A stretch of 63,768 bases of DNA, counting the filler. It is 7 parts of 7 records of this genome, joined end to end, with 100 filler letters (N's around TTAATTAATTAA, not from the genome) between each part and the next. Parts side by side here need not be neighbours in the genome. Positions count along the whole stretch, not along the records: positions 24,729 to 33,050 come from SRR20825010_6882; positions 33,151 to 47,970 come from SRR20825010_6885; 5 more parts are not named here. One strand, 5' to 3'. A model generated the notes under the pieces. That model was not told the origin of the DNA, made no database searches, and saw only the letters and a list, made by a program, of their open reading frames with translations. How positions within the stretch are numbered: position 1 is the first letter of the stretch; every line of letters begins with the position of its first letter. This document shows, piece after piece, positions 29,989-39,316 of this stretch. The translations under genes were made by a program, and so were the position numbers.

Positions 29989-31536
29989 ATGAAAGTCCGT
30001 TTAACAATCTTTATATTTTTTGCATTTTTCGCTACCGCTATAATGGCTCAGGGAGTAACGGAACGGGACAATCTTTTTATAAAAAATTTAAATTCTTTTT
30101 ATCAAAACCCAGAGCAGACTATTAAAGTTGCTAACTATCTTTTTGAAAATGCTACTTCAAATTCTGAAAAAGCAAAAGCACTTTACCTGCTTTCAAAAAG
30201 TAAATTATTAACAGGAAACACGGCAGAAGGAATTGAGGATTTGTTTAGTGCAAAAAAGCTATTAAGTGATACAAATGCCCCTTTTATTTCTTCTTTGGTT
30301 TTAACAACCCTTTCAGAACAATGTAGAATAACTGGAATGCATGATATTGCTAAAAGTTATTTGAAAGACGCAACGTATTTTTCAAAAATGATAAATTCAG
30401 AAAAAGAGGCGATAATTTCTAAGGTTTTTCTTTTTCATGAACAAGCAAAAGCGTTAAAAAACCCGAATGCGGCAATCCACACATTAGCGCAGGCTGATAA
30501 TTTAATTTTGAATGACTCGCCAGTGCTTCAAGCGATTATTAAGAATGAGCTAGGTGCTACGTATCTTTTGGTTCAAAATACGGATAGTTCAAAAGTATAC
30601 TTTAAGAAAACGATTGCGATTTTACATGCTTCAGGCATTGAAAACTCTGCACTAGAAAGTAGTTCCCTTAGCGGTTTAGGAAAGTTGTTTCTTTTGGAAG
30701 AAGATTTTAATACTTCGCTTGAATATTTTAAAAAAGCATTGCAAATTCCTGTAATTGAAAGTTCAGTAAAAATAGAAATTTTAGAAAACCTTTCAGAACT
30801 ATATAAAGGCACAGATAGTATTGCTTTATCTCAAAAATTTTATACTGAAAAAGTAACGCTGAATGCCGAAAAACTAATTGAAGAAAGAAACATTCGCAGT
30901 GTAATAATTTCGCATATAGACGCAGAACAGCAGCACAATTTGCTTAATGATAAAAAAAATTATTACAAATGGGGATTAGGGTTCGCAGGGTTATTTTTAC
31001 TGATACTTATTGGGTATTATTTTTATAACAGAAAGCTCAATCAAGAATACAAGCGTTTCCAGAAGGTGATTGCACAAGTTGAGAAAGATGAAAAGCTTGA
31101 AGCGCCTTTTAGTATTGACGATACTTCATCAAAGCCTTTTAAAGGTGTTGTTATTCCTGAAGAAACTGAAAATAGTATTTTAAAACGTTTGGAAGAGTTT
31201 GAGGCTTCAACAAATTTTACCAATAGCAATATGAATTTAGGCTTATTAGCCAAACAGATGAAAACTAATTCTAAATATATTTCTGAAATAATTCATACCC
31301 ACAAGCAGAAAAACTTCAATACGTATATTAACGAACTTCGTGTAAATTACATTATTCAATTAATGAAAACCGACAAAGCCTACTTAAATTACAAAGTAAG
31401 TTACCTTGCTGAAACATCTGGATTTTCATCCCATAGTGCTTTTACAGTAGTTTTTAAATCTATTACTGGTTTCACACCAAAACAGTTTATTTCATTTTTG
31501 AAGAAAAACAGAAAAGAGAAATCGGCTACTTTTTAG
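29989..31536 (+). CDS. Membrane-spanning TPR-sensor AraC family transcriptional regulator
   Basis: Signal peptide, TPR-like periplasmic region, one TM helix, C-terminal AraC HTH (YISEII..NFNTYINELRV..GFSSHSAF..FK..TG.TP); TATATTTG -7 box at 29961-29968. Confidence 0.88.
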   Translation: MKVRLTIFIFFAFFATAIMAQGVTERDNLFIKNLNSFYQNPEQTIKVANYLFENATSNSEKAKALYLLSKSKLLTGNTAEGIEDLFSAKKLLSDTNAPFISSLVLTTLSEQCRITGMHDIAKSYLKDATYFSKMINSEKEAIISKVFLFHEQAKALKNPNAAIHTLAQADNLILNDSPVLQAIIKNELGATYLLVQNTDSSKVYFKKTIAILHASGIENSALESSSLSGLGKLFLLEEDFNTSLEYFKKALQIPVIESSVKIEILENLSELYKGTDSIALSQKFYTEKVTLNAEKLIEERNIRSVIISHIDAEQQHNLLNDKKNYYKWGLGFAGLFLLILIGYYFYNRKLNQEYKRFQKVIAQVEKDEKLEAPFSIDDTSSKPFKGVVIPEETENSILKRLEEFEASTNFTNSNMNLGLLAKQMKTNSKYISEIIHTHKQKNFNTYINELRVNYIIQLMKTDKAYLNYKVSYLAETSGFSSHSAFTVVFKSITGFTPKQFISFLKKNRKEKSATF

Positions 31537-31550
31537 TATCTTTCCACTTA

Positions 31551-32708
31551 ATGAAAACATACTTTTTTAAATATAATATAGCATTTATTATAGGCTTTTT
31601 TATTGCTTTAAATACTTATAAAGCACAGGCGCAAACACGTGCTCAATTGGATAGTTTGCGGGCAGAAGCTAGTGTTATAACGTATAATGACCCAAATTTA
31701 GCTATACAAAAGGGGTTAACGCTATTTAAAATGGCTGAAAAAGATCCCTCAACACAAATAGGAGCTTTATTAATTGTTGCAAATGGATATGCAATTTTAA
31801 AAAATCATGATAAGGTTTTGGAGTATGCTTTTCAAGCGGATTCTATTGCAAAAATAAGTGAACATTATACTGATAGAATTCGCGTTTTAGGCTTTATTGG
31901 TGGTGAGTATCAGCGTTTAAATTTAGGCAACAAAGCATTAAATTACTTAGACAAAGCTTATGATATTTCTGTAAATCACCCCTTGCCAGATTCTTTAAAA
32001 TTTTTGCAAGGCAATATTCTTTTTGTTAAAGGATTGATTCGAAAAGATGAATTGGGGTGTGAGTATGCACTTAAAAACTTAGAACAAGCAGAACAAGTAT
32101 TTAAAAGTAATATTTCAAGTGAATCCATTTATGCCAGTATCGCAATTACAGCAAATAAAATAGGCGATTGTAATTTTGAACTTAAAAATTATAAAAAAGC
32201 AGAAGAAAACTATGTAGCGTCTATATACTATGCAAAAAAAATAAATGCAATTAAAAATATAGCGTATGCCGAACTAGGCTTGGCAAATATTCTTTCAGAA
32301 AATGGCAATAATGATGAAGCAATTTTATTACTAAAAAAGGCAGTAAAATCGATTGAAAATGTAAATGATATTGGAATTAACAGTGTGATTTATAAAGCAC
32401 TTTCCGAAAATTACTTAGCAATTGGTGATACTGAAAACTTCAATGAGTACACTTCGCTTTATATGGCGGAACAAGAAAAATTACTTTCAGAAGAAAAGAA
32501 ATCTCTCAACAAAGTAGTAAACGATTTATCATCTGAAAATGTAAAAAAACGTGAAGAGCAAAAAGATAAATACAGCTACCTTTTCTTGTTTTTAGGTGTT
32601 GTTTTAATACTTGTTCTTTATTTTATTATTAAGAAAATTCTTACAAAAAGAAGAAAAATAGCACTTCGTAAGAAGGAAATGCTAAATTCTGAGAAAAATC
32701 AAAAATAA
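31551..32708 (+). CDS. TPR protein with signal peptide and C-terminal TM helix, no DNA-binding domain
   Basis: TPR-like helices; TM YSYLFLFLGVVLILVLYFII; short basic tail. Confidence 0.8.
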   Translation: MKTYFFKYNIAFIIGFFIALNTYKAQAQTRAQLDSLRAEASVITYNDPNLAIQKGLTLFKMAEKDPSTQIGALLIVANGYAILKNHDKVLEYAFQADSIAKISEHYTDRIRVLGFIGGEYQRLNLGNKALNYLDKAYDISVNHPLPDSLKFLQGNILFVKGLIRKDELGCEYALKNLEQAEQVFKSNISSESIYASIAITANKIGDCNFELKNYKKAEENYVASIYYAKKINAIKNIAYAELGLANILSENGNNDEAILLLKKAVKSIENVNDIGINSVIYKALSENYLAIGDTENFNEYTSLYMAEQEKLLSEEKKSLNKVVNDLSSENVKKREEQKDKYSYLFLFLGVVLILVLYFIIKKILTKRRKIALRKKEMLNSEKNQK

Positions 32709-32760
32709 GCACATAATTATTTGATTTTAAATCACTTATAATTAATTTTTATTTTTTAAA

Positions 32761-32780
32761 TTTCGTGAAATTTCACGAAA
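32761..32780. promoter_or_regulatory. Perfect 20-bp palindrome, candidate operator
   Basis: TTTCGTGAAA-TTTCACGAAA, about 85 nt upstream of the secreted-protein gene. Confidence 0.55.
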
Positions 32781-32863
32781 ATCACAAAACCTTTCCTTTT
32801 ATTATAGTATATAGCATTGTAGGTTTACGTTTCAGAATATTAATTATTTAAACAAATTTAGAA

Positions 32864-33050
32864 ATGAAAAAATCACTACAAATTTTATTTTTTGCATTCC
32901 TTTTTGTAGGGCATTTTGTTTATGCGCAATGTGAAATATCGGAAAATTTTGACTCGTATAACAATAATGATGTACCTGTTGATTGGACAATGATTAACAC
33001 AACTGGTGTTTCTCAGGCGTATGGAAAGGTAACGAGTAATGCTTCAGCAC
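32864..33050 (+). CDS. Secreted protein N-terminus, probably T9SS cargo (cut by contig end)
   Basis: SPI signal peptide ending VYA-Q; ENFDS...P.DW start resembles a cleaved-adhesin-type domain. Confidence 0.6.
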
Positions 33051-33150
33051 NNNNNNNNNNNNNNNNNNNNNNNNNNNNNNNNNNNNNNNNNNNNTTAATT
33101 AATTAANNNNNNNNNNNNNNNNNNNNNNNNNNNNNNNNNNNNNNNNNNNN
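33051..33150. other. Artificial contig spacer
   Basis: N44-TTAATTAATTAA-N44. Confidence 0.98.
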
Positions 33151-33220
33151 ACTAACGTTAGTTTAATAGTAGTTTGTGAATATTTCTGTAGTTGGAGAAT
33201 TCTGCCCAACTATTGTTTTG

Positions 33221-33264
33221 ATGATCGTTGTCATAAAATGGCATATATAAGAAGTTTACTTTTG
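33221..33264 (+). promoter_or_regulatory. CRP/FNR-like box plus -7 promoter (deoC-deoD)
   Basis: ATGATCGTTGTCAT, 22 nt, TACTTTTG. Confidence 0.7.
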
Positions 33265-33319
33265 GTAAAATGTGTTCGCTTTTGAAACACTTAATTACCA
33301 ACAGATTTTAATTTGACAA

Positions 33320-33967
33320 ATGCACCTTGAAAATTTTATTGATCACACCCTGTTAAGGCCAACGGCAACAGGGAAAGATATTATTCAACTTTGTACAGAG
33401 GCATTGAACTATAATTTCTATGGGGTATGTATCAACGGGTGTCATTTGCCCCTTGCAAAGGATTTGCTTAAGGATTCGAAGGTAAAGTTGGTCGCGGTGG
33501 TGGGATTTCCATTAGGGAGCATGTCCACCAAAGCGAAGGTGAATGAAGCCATGGATTATATGGAGCATGGGGCCCATGAACTGGATATGGTATTAAATGT
33601 TGGGTGGTTAAGATCTGGAGATTATATGGCAGTCCAAGAGGAAATAAGGCAAGTAAAGGAAGTAGTAGGCAATAATGTACTAAAGGTAATTTTGGAAACT
33701 TGTTATTTAACCGATACCGAAATAATTACAGCATGTAAACTAGCGGTAAATGCCAAAGCTGATTTTGTAAAGACTTCAACTGGTTTTGGTCCTAGGGGTG
33801 CATCTATTGAAGATGTAATTTTGATGAAGAAGGCTGCTGGAAACAAAATTAAGATAAAGGCTTCAGGAGGAATAAAAGATGCGGTTACCGTACAAAATTA
33901 TATTGATTTAGGGGTAGCCAGAATAGGTACATCATCCGGAGTTGCCATAGTTGTCAACCAAAACTGA
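33320..33967 (+). CDS. deoC: Deoxyribose-phosphate aldolase
   Basis: IDHTLL, VGFPLG, ELDMV, KVILET, FVKTSTGF, KASGG, RIGTS. Confidence 0.97.
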   Translation: MHLENFIDHTLLRPTATGKDIIQLCTEALNYNFYGVCINGCHLPLAKDLLKDSKVKLVAVVGFPLGSMSTKAKVNEAMDYMEHGAHELDMVLNVGWLRSGDYMAVQEEIRQVKEVVGNNVLKVILETCYLTDTEIITACKLAVNAKADFVKTSTGFGPRGASIEDVILMKKAAGNKIKIKASGGIKDAVTVQNYIDLGVARIGTSSGVAIVVNQN

Positions 33968-34018
33968 AGGTCTACACCTGGTGTTACTTTGGAATTAAAA
34001 TAAAAAATTCAATTTTAC

Positions 34019-34717
34019 ATGAGCACACATATTGAGGCCAAGCATGGTGAAATTGCAGAAACCGTATTGATGCCAGGAGATCCCCTACGGGCCAAATGGA
34101 TAGCAAACACCTTTCTTGAAAATCCCATCTGCTACAATCAGGTTCGCGGTATGTTGGGATATACCGGCACCTTTAAGGGCAAACGGATATCTGTTCAGGG
34201 AAGTGGTATGGGAATTCCTTCGGCTCTCATCTACTATCAAGAGCTAATAAATGATTATGGGGTGAAAAATCTAATTCGGGTAGGTACTGCCGGCTCCTTT
34301 CAAAAAGAGGTGAAAATACGCGATATTGTCTTGGCAATGGCGGCTTCCACCACCTCGGGGATCAATAATTCCAGATTTATCAATGCGGATTATGCGCCAA
34401 CGGCCGATTTCGACCTGCTTCTTAAGGCTGCACTTTATGCCAAGGAAAAGGGAATTAACATTAAGGCAGGGAATGTACTTTCATCGGATGAATTTTATAA
34501 GGACGATCCGGATTTTTACAAATTGTGGGCGAAATTTGGGGTCCTTTGTGTAGAAATGGAGGCGGCCGGATTATATACCATAGCTGCCAAGTTTAATGTT
34601 AAGGCCCTTGCAATATTGACTATTTCTGATTCCTTGGTCACTGGCCAAAAATCCAATTCCATAGAAAGGGAAACTACTTTTCAGGATATGATAGATATAG
34701 CGCTTAATATTGCTTAA
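34019..34717 (+). CDS. deoD: Purine nucleoside phosphorylase, DeoD type
   Basis: [30 protein letters not shown]. Confidence 0.97.
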   Translation: MSTHIEAKHGEIAETVLMPGDPLRAKWIANTFLENPICYNQVRGMLGYTGTFKGKRISVQGSGMGIPSALIYYQELINDYGVKNLIRVGTAGSFQKEVKIRDIVLAMAASTTSGINNSRFINADYAPTADFDLLLKAALYAKEKGINIKAGNVLSSDEFYKDDPDFYKLWAKFGVLCVEMEAAGLYTIAAKFNVKALAILTISDSLVTGQKSNSIERETTFQDMIDIALNIA

Positions 34718-34839
34718 GGTGGGGATAATGAAATTTTTTATTCTCTTACCTTTTTTCATGGCAATAAATAAAATCTATACTAAAAGGAAGCTGTTTTTTG
34801 GACGAATTCAAATTGGGTTAATCTACGACTTTAGCACAA

Positions 34840-34883
34840 ATGACCTAGGTCATTTTACATTTAAAAAGATAAGACCATTTTTG
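34840..34883 (+). promoter_or_regulatory. CRP/FNR-like box plus -7 promoter (DUF2267 gene)
   Basis: Perfect palindrome ATGACCTAGGTCAT, 22 nt, CATTTTTG. Confidence 0.7.
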
Positions 34884-34907
34884 TGTATATCCTAAAAACA
34901 AGAAATC

Positions 34908-35360
34908 ATGGCACTTAATTTTAATCAGTACGCTACGGAGGGGCATACCTTCCTTAAGGATTACACTAAGCAAATGGATCTGGGCAAAGATACCGACAAA
35001 GCGGGTCGTATTTTAACCTCAGTACTTCATGCCTTAAGGGAAATAATTCCTGTGGAGGAATCCTTGCAATTTATTGCCCAGATGCCCATGTTTTTAAAGG
35101 CCGTTTATGTAAACGGATGGACCGTAAAAAAGGAGAAGCCCAAAATTAAACATATGGCCGAATTTTTGGATTTGGTTAGACAATTCGATGGGCCTGCAGC
35201 AATAAACGATTTTGAATACAGTGACGAAGTGGCTGAAGAATATGTAAACACTACATTTATTTATTTGCGAAAATATGTTTCCCAAGGAGAAATGTCCGAT
35301 ATCCGTGATGCTCTACCAAAAAATCTAAAAGGGATGATCTTTAATAATTTAACATTCTAA
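34908..35360 (+). CDS. DUF2267 family protein
   Basis: VLHALRE..EESLQFIAQMP..LKAVYVNGW; YVSQGE...LP pattern. Confidence 0.8.
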   Translation: MALNFNQYATEGHTFLKDYTKQMDLGKDTDKAGRILTSVLHALREIIPVEESLQFIAQMPMFLKAVYVNGWTVKKEKPKIKHMAEFLDLVRQFDGPAAINDFEYSDEVAEEYVNTTFIYLRKYVSQGEMSDIRDALPKNLKGMIFNNLTF

Positions 35361-35552
35361 ATACCCATACCATGACCTTATTTATAGCACTTCTAGTTTA
35401 TGTTCTTGTTTATCTAATATCCTTTGCTTTAAAGAAATATTCCAGAAGAGTCTGATTTTTTTGGATGCCAATTGCTTATTATGGCTTTGGCAGAACCTAC
35501 ATCATTTCCATAACTTATCACCTGAACTATTAATGCTTCAACTTGACTTTGA

Positions 35553-36008
35553 ATGAAATCAAAAACAGAACTATTTATTGAATTATGGGAAGAAGCCAGG
35601 ACTCGGTTTACCAACCAATTGTCGCATTTAACCCAGGAGGATCTAAACAAAAGATTATTGCCAGCCCCCAATAGTATAGGCTTTTTAATAAGGCATATTG
35701 GCGATGTGGAACTGCTTTTTGCCAAGAATGTATTTGGAGCACAGGAAGTAAAGGTAATTGCAAAAACGGTTATTGCGCAAAAGGATACCGGAGAGTGGAC
35801 CAATCTGTCCGAATTATTGGAATATGTGGAATATTCTTATCAAATGCTTAGATCGGTATTGGAGAAACAACAAGAGGAAGACTGGGAGGCCACAATTACC
35901 ACCAAAGAATTTGGGACCAAGACCAAGGCGGAGGCCTTTGGTAGGATTGTATCCCACACAATTCACCATTCAGGCCAAATGGTCATTATTAAAAAGTACG
36001 GATCTTAG
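35553..36008 (+). CDS. DinB family protein
   Basis: NSIGFLIRHI and HTIHHSGQ metal-binding motifs. Confidence 0.85.
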   Translation: MKSKTELFIELWEEARTRFTNQLSHLTQEDLNKRLLPAPNSIGFLIRHIGDVELLFAKNVFGAQEVKVIAKTVIAQKDTGEWTNLSELLEYVEYSYQMLRSVLEKQQEEDWEATITTKEFGTKTKAEAFGRIVSHTIHHSGQMVIIKKYGS

Positions 36009-36070
36009 ATTTAATCTGAAATCGGTTAACGGCAAGGCCAAGCTAGGGGAAAGTAGGTTACAAGAAATTA

Positions 36071-36463
36071 TTAACGGATTTTTTCTACAACCCTTTTTAA
36101 TTTTTCGCCCACTTCATCCGCTATGTTCATTAAATCCTTATTAATTACCGCCTGCATGGATGCCAAGGGGTTTACGGCTGCAATTTCCACAAGCCCAGGC
36201 TCCTTCTCCATAACAATTACATTACAGGGCAACATGGTACCGATTTTATCTTCGGCCTGTAAGGCTTTATGCGCAAAGGGAGCGTTGCAGGCACCCAAAA
36301 CCATGTAATTATAAAAATCTACATCCAATTTTTTCTTTAAGGTAGCCTTCATATCTATTTCCGTCAGCACCCCAAAGCCTTCTTCCTGCAGGGCCAATTT
36401 GGTTTTTTCCACTGCTTTTTCAAAAGGGGTATTTCCAATTGTTTTATTAAAATAGTATTCCAT
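36071..36463 (-). CDS. DUF302 family protein
   Basis: GFGVLTEID, LGACN, GTMLPCNVIV. Confidence 0.9.
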   Translation of the reverse strand: MEYYFNKTIGNTPFEKAVEKTKLALQEEGFGVLTEIDMKATLKKKLDVDFYNYMVLGACNAPFAHKALQAEDKIGTMLPCNVIVMEKEPGLVEIAAVNPLASMQAVINKDLMNIADEVGEKLKRVVEKIR

Positions 36464-36580
36464 AATAAAATTATTTTTGCGTTTTAATATAGTAATTAAT
36501 GTGCTGTTTTTTTAATCCATTTAAATCGGTCTCTGACCTAAAGAAGTTAGGGTAGTCCTTCTGTAAAAAGGACGATATAC

Positions 36581-36618
36581 AAAAAAAAGGATTGGGATAT
36601 CTATATATCCCAATCCTT
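36581..36618 (-). terminator. Intrinsic terminator of the minus-strand intergenic transcript
   Basis: Minus strand AAGGATTGGGATAT-ATAG-ATATCCCAATCC followed by T8. Confidence 0.85.
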
Positions 36619-36808
36619 AATGTCCGGGCTTGGGCAGCACTTGTGCACTTATCCGGGTCCCGAGCAACAAGCTATAAATGTAACGGCTGTGCAAGGGGGT
36701 AGGGTAATAAGGCTCAAGTGGTTACTTGTGCACCGGTTTATGGTCGCTAAGGCATTACTGCTTAGAAACTTTACTTTTATTTCTTTCAAAGAACGATTAC
36801 TTTTTTAC
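36581..36808 (-). ncRNA. Candidate small RNA (~230 nt); alternatively a 46-aa TTG-start peptide at 36649-36789
   Basis: Own promoter and terminator; boxA-like CGTTCTTTGAAA near the 5' end; GTGCACAAGT twice; the only ATG reads Met-Pro-stop. Confidence 0.55.
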
Positions 36809-36813
36809 TAATA

Positions 36814-36857
36814 CTAATATATGGTTATCATATTGGATACGAAATGACATAAATCAG
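36814..36857 (-). promoter_or_regulatory. CRP/FNR-like box plus -7 promoter (candidate sRNA)
   Basis: ATGACATAAATCAG at 36844-36857, 22 nt, TATATTAG (minus strand) at 36821-36814. Confidence 0.6.
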
Positions 36858-36922
36858 TTGGGTGTTTTTTTCTTATTTCTTAATAAAGGAAGCAGGATTA
36901 TTACGTTTCCTTTTTAAGTAAA

Positions 36923-37789
36923 TTATCCTTTTCCCTGCCGCTCGACAGTCGTGGTTGGGGGTTCTAGTAGTTCAAAGAATTGATCTAGTTTGGGTAAAAT
37001 GATAATTTCCGTCCTACGGTTAATGGCTCTGCCTTCAGTGGTTGCATTGGTAGTCTTGGGAAGGTATTCGGATCTTCCCCCAGCAGTCATCCTAAGGGGT
37101 TGTACCCCAAATTTAGTTTGCATTAATCGTACAATGGAGGTCGCTCTTTTTACACTTAAATCCCAGTTATCGGTCATACAGTCTGTAGATATGGGAACAT
37201 TGTCCGTATGTCCCTCCACTAAAATATCCAGTTCCTTATGGTCATTAATAATCTTGGCTATTTTACCAATAACTTCTTCTGCCCTATTGCTTATATTATA
37301 ACTCCCAGAACGGAAAAGCATTTTGTCCGAGATAGAGACATAGACTACTCCTTTTTTCACCTCAATATTTATATCCTCATCGTCAAAATTGTCCAAGGAC
37401 CTTTTTAAGTTCATTACCAATACCAGATTAATAGAGTCTTTTCGCTGCATGTTACTGGTAAGGTCCTTTATGTATTTATTCTGCTCGTTTAGGGCTTCCA
37501 AAGATTTTTTTATGCTTTCCGCTCCGGATTTGCTCACTACGGATAGATCTGAAAGTCGGGCCAAAAGGTCCGTATTGGTACTTTTAAAGTATTCCATTTG
37601 TTGCTCCAAGGATTTGGATCTGTTTTTCTCATTGGCCAATCCGGCTTCCAGTAAATTAATTTGGTTCTTGCTGGTATTTAATTCATTTTCACAATTTACT
37701 GCCCGGTCTTGCATAGCAGTATACTTTTTTTGGCTTACACAGGATGTAAAAAGTGTAAGTCCCAATACATAAATAAATAGTGTTTTCAT
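36923..37789 (-). CDS. OmpA/MotB C-terminal domain lipoprotein with coiled coil
   Basis: MKTLFIYVLGLTLFTSC lipobox; VEGHTD; NWDLSVKRA; NRRTEI. Confidence 0.9.
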   Translation of the reverse strand: MKTLFIYVLGLTLFTSCVSQKKYTAMQDRAVNCENELNTSKNQINLLEAGLANEKNRSKSLEQQMEYFKSTNTDLLARLSDLSVVSKSGAESIKKSLEALNEQNKYIKDLTSNMQRKDSINLVLVMNLKRSLDNFDDEDINIEVKKGVVYVSISDKMLFRSGSYNISNRAEEVIGKIAKIINDHKELDILVEGHTDNVPISTDCMTDNWDLSVKRATSIVRLMQTKFGVQPLRMTAGGRSEYLPKTTNATTEGRAINRRTEIIILPKLDQFFELLEPPTTTVERQGKG

Positions 37790-37821
37790 AGTCATAAGTT
37801 TATTGGATAATAGTAGTCCCC

Positions 37822-37865
37822 TAAAGAAAGTCACAATTCAATAGGTATCAAATGATAATTATCAT
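37822..37865 (-). promoter_or_regulatory. CRP/FNR-like box upstream of the OmpA/MotB gene (weak -7)
   Basis: Perfect palindrome ATGATAATTATCAT at 37852-37865; at 22-nt spacing the minus strand reads TTTCTTTA. Confidence 0.5.
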
Positions 37866-37987
37866 GTAGGACATTGGTTTATAAGTTTTTAGAGTTTGGT
37901 ATTCCTTGTTCCAAACACTTCATCAGTTTGGTTGCCTGAACTGGATCTACCTATTGTTAAACTTATAAATGTGGGTTGTATGCATAA

Positions 37988-38031
37988 CTGACAATGGTCA
38001 TAGGGTGGTGCAGGGTTAAGGTATAGCTTTA
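37988..38031 (+). promoter_or_regulatory. CRP/FNR-like box plus -7 promoter (38145 operon)
   Basis: CTGACAATGGTCAT, 22 nt, TAGCTTTA. Confidence 0.65.
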
Positions 38032-38144
38032 TAATTCTTAGCAGGAATTATAAGTTCTGTCCAAAACCCTTTTCAAGAGGGTTAAAGATACGTTCTATTT
38101 GTACTTTTCCTACTTAAGGGTGGTATTTTAAAAGGTAGAATTCT

Positions 38145-38654
38145 ATGAAAAAATTTAGAAAGATAATTTTTGTGTTATTGTCGATTGCTGCGGTCTTCTT
38201 GGTGTTTATGTTTTGGTATCAAAATGAATACGCTATGGACCAGGCCCAGGAGTACGAGGTAAATACTCCCGGGGAGAATTCCAGATTGCTCGTGGCTACA
38301 CAGGGGAGTGAATTTAAAAATACGATTACTACCGCCATTGTGGATTATTACAAAACGGAGGCAGTGTATATCAAGGTAATAGATGTTTCCGCTTTGGTGG
38401 GTGTAAATCCTACCAATTACGATGCCCTATTGGTAATCCACACCTGGGAGAATTGGAAGCCACCTTCTTCCGTTAAATCGTTTATGGACAGAACCACTGA
38501 TTATAGGGACAAGATGGTTGTCCTGACCACCTCTGGCGAAGGATCCTACAGAATGGAAGGGATTGATGCCATTACGGGAGAATCTATTTTGGAGGAAACT
38601 CCCAACCACGTAGGTGAAATTATTAAAAAATTAAATCCCTTACTGAAGTTGTAA
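38145..38654 (+). CDS. Membrane-anchored hypothetical protein, possibly flavodoxin-like fold
   Basis: N-terminal TM; alternating beta/alpha pattern (LLVATQGSEFK, YDALLVI, VVLTTSG). Confidence 0.6.
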   Translation: MKKFRKIIFVLLSIAAVFLVFMFWYQNEYAMDQAQEYEVNTPGENSRLLVATQGSEFKNTITTAIVDYYKTEAVYIKVIDVSALVGVNPTNYDALLVIHTWENWKPPSSVKSFMDRTTDYRDKMVVLTTSGEGSYRMEGIDAITGESILEETPNHVGEIIKKLNPLLKL

Positions 38655-38705
38655 ATGTTGCGATACGGTTTCTTGTCATAGGATTTATAATACTGATGAA
38701 TAGTT

Positions 38706-39302
38706 ATGTATAATTTAAAAAACTTCAATATTGCCGATTGGTTTTCCTTTTATCGCATTATGGCCGTACCCCTATTACTTGCTTTAATTTGGTACGGTGA
38801 ACGGGAATGGTTTAGTTGGATGCTCCTTATAAGCTACTCTACCGATGCCATAGATGGGTTTTTGGCCAGGAGATTAAAAATTTCGAGCGCTAGGGGATCG
38901 CAGTTGGATTCTTTGGGAGATCAGGTAACCCTTATTATTGGATTGATAGGTCTTATCTTTTTTGAAAATAATTTCATCATGGAAAACTTACTTCTAATAA
39001 TTATTGCATTTGTACCATACTTGATTCAGATGTCCATTGCTTTTGCGAAATACGGTAAGGCCACAGCCTTTCATACCTATTTGGCCAAATTATCTGCCAT
39101 TACCCAAGGTATATTTATTTTATGGCTGTTGTTTTTTGGACCGGTATATTGGCTGTTTTATGCCATGATAGTTTTGGGGGTACTGGAAACTGTTGAGGAA
39201 ATTACTCTTATCTTTATGTATGATAACTGGGTAGAGGATGTAAAAGGTTATTTCTGGGCGTTGAAGGATAAAAGACGGCTTGCGAATAACAATAACCAAT
39301 AG
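38706..39302 (+). CDS. CDP-alcohol phosphatidyltransferase family protein
   Basis: DAIDGFLARR..S..GSQLDSLGD signature. Confidence 0.9.
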   Translation: MYNLKNFNIADWFSFYRIMAVPLLLALIWYGEREWFSWMLLISYSTDAIDGFLARRLKISSARGSQLDSLGDQVTLIIGLIGLIFFENNFIMENLLLIIIAFVPYLIQMSIAFAKYGKATAFHTYLAKLSAITQGIFILWLLFFGPVYWLFYAMIVLGVLETVEEITLIFMYDNWVEDVKGYFWALKDKRRLANNNNQ

Positions 39303-39316
39303 CAAAACCCCTTTTA

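Noticed and set aside
35372-35385. Eighth regulon box upstream of the DinB gene (ATGACCTTATTTAT)
   Set aside because: The right half-site is degenerate and there is no -7 element at the 22-nt spacing.
36639-36733. CRISPR-like array from the repeated ACTTGTGCAC
   Set aside because: Only two 10-bp copies, no regular repeat-spacer structure and no cas genes. I saw no CRISPR array anywhere in the window.
36620-36917. Plus-strand 63-aa ORFs 36620-36811 and 36726-36917
   Set aside because: Promoter and terminator polarity point to the minus strand, and the translations have no protein-like features.
37852-37865. Fur box
   Set aside because: ATGATAATTATCAT lacks the 7-1-7 spacing of a Fur box and fits the recurring TGA-N6-TCA motif better. 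Fur binding is not fully excluded.
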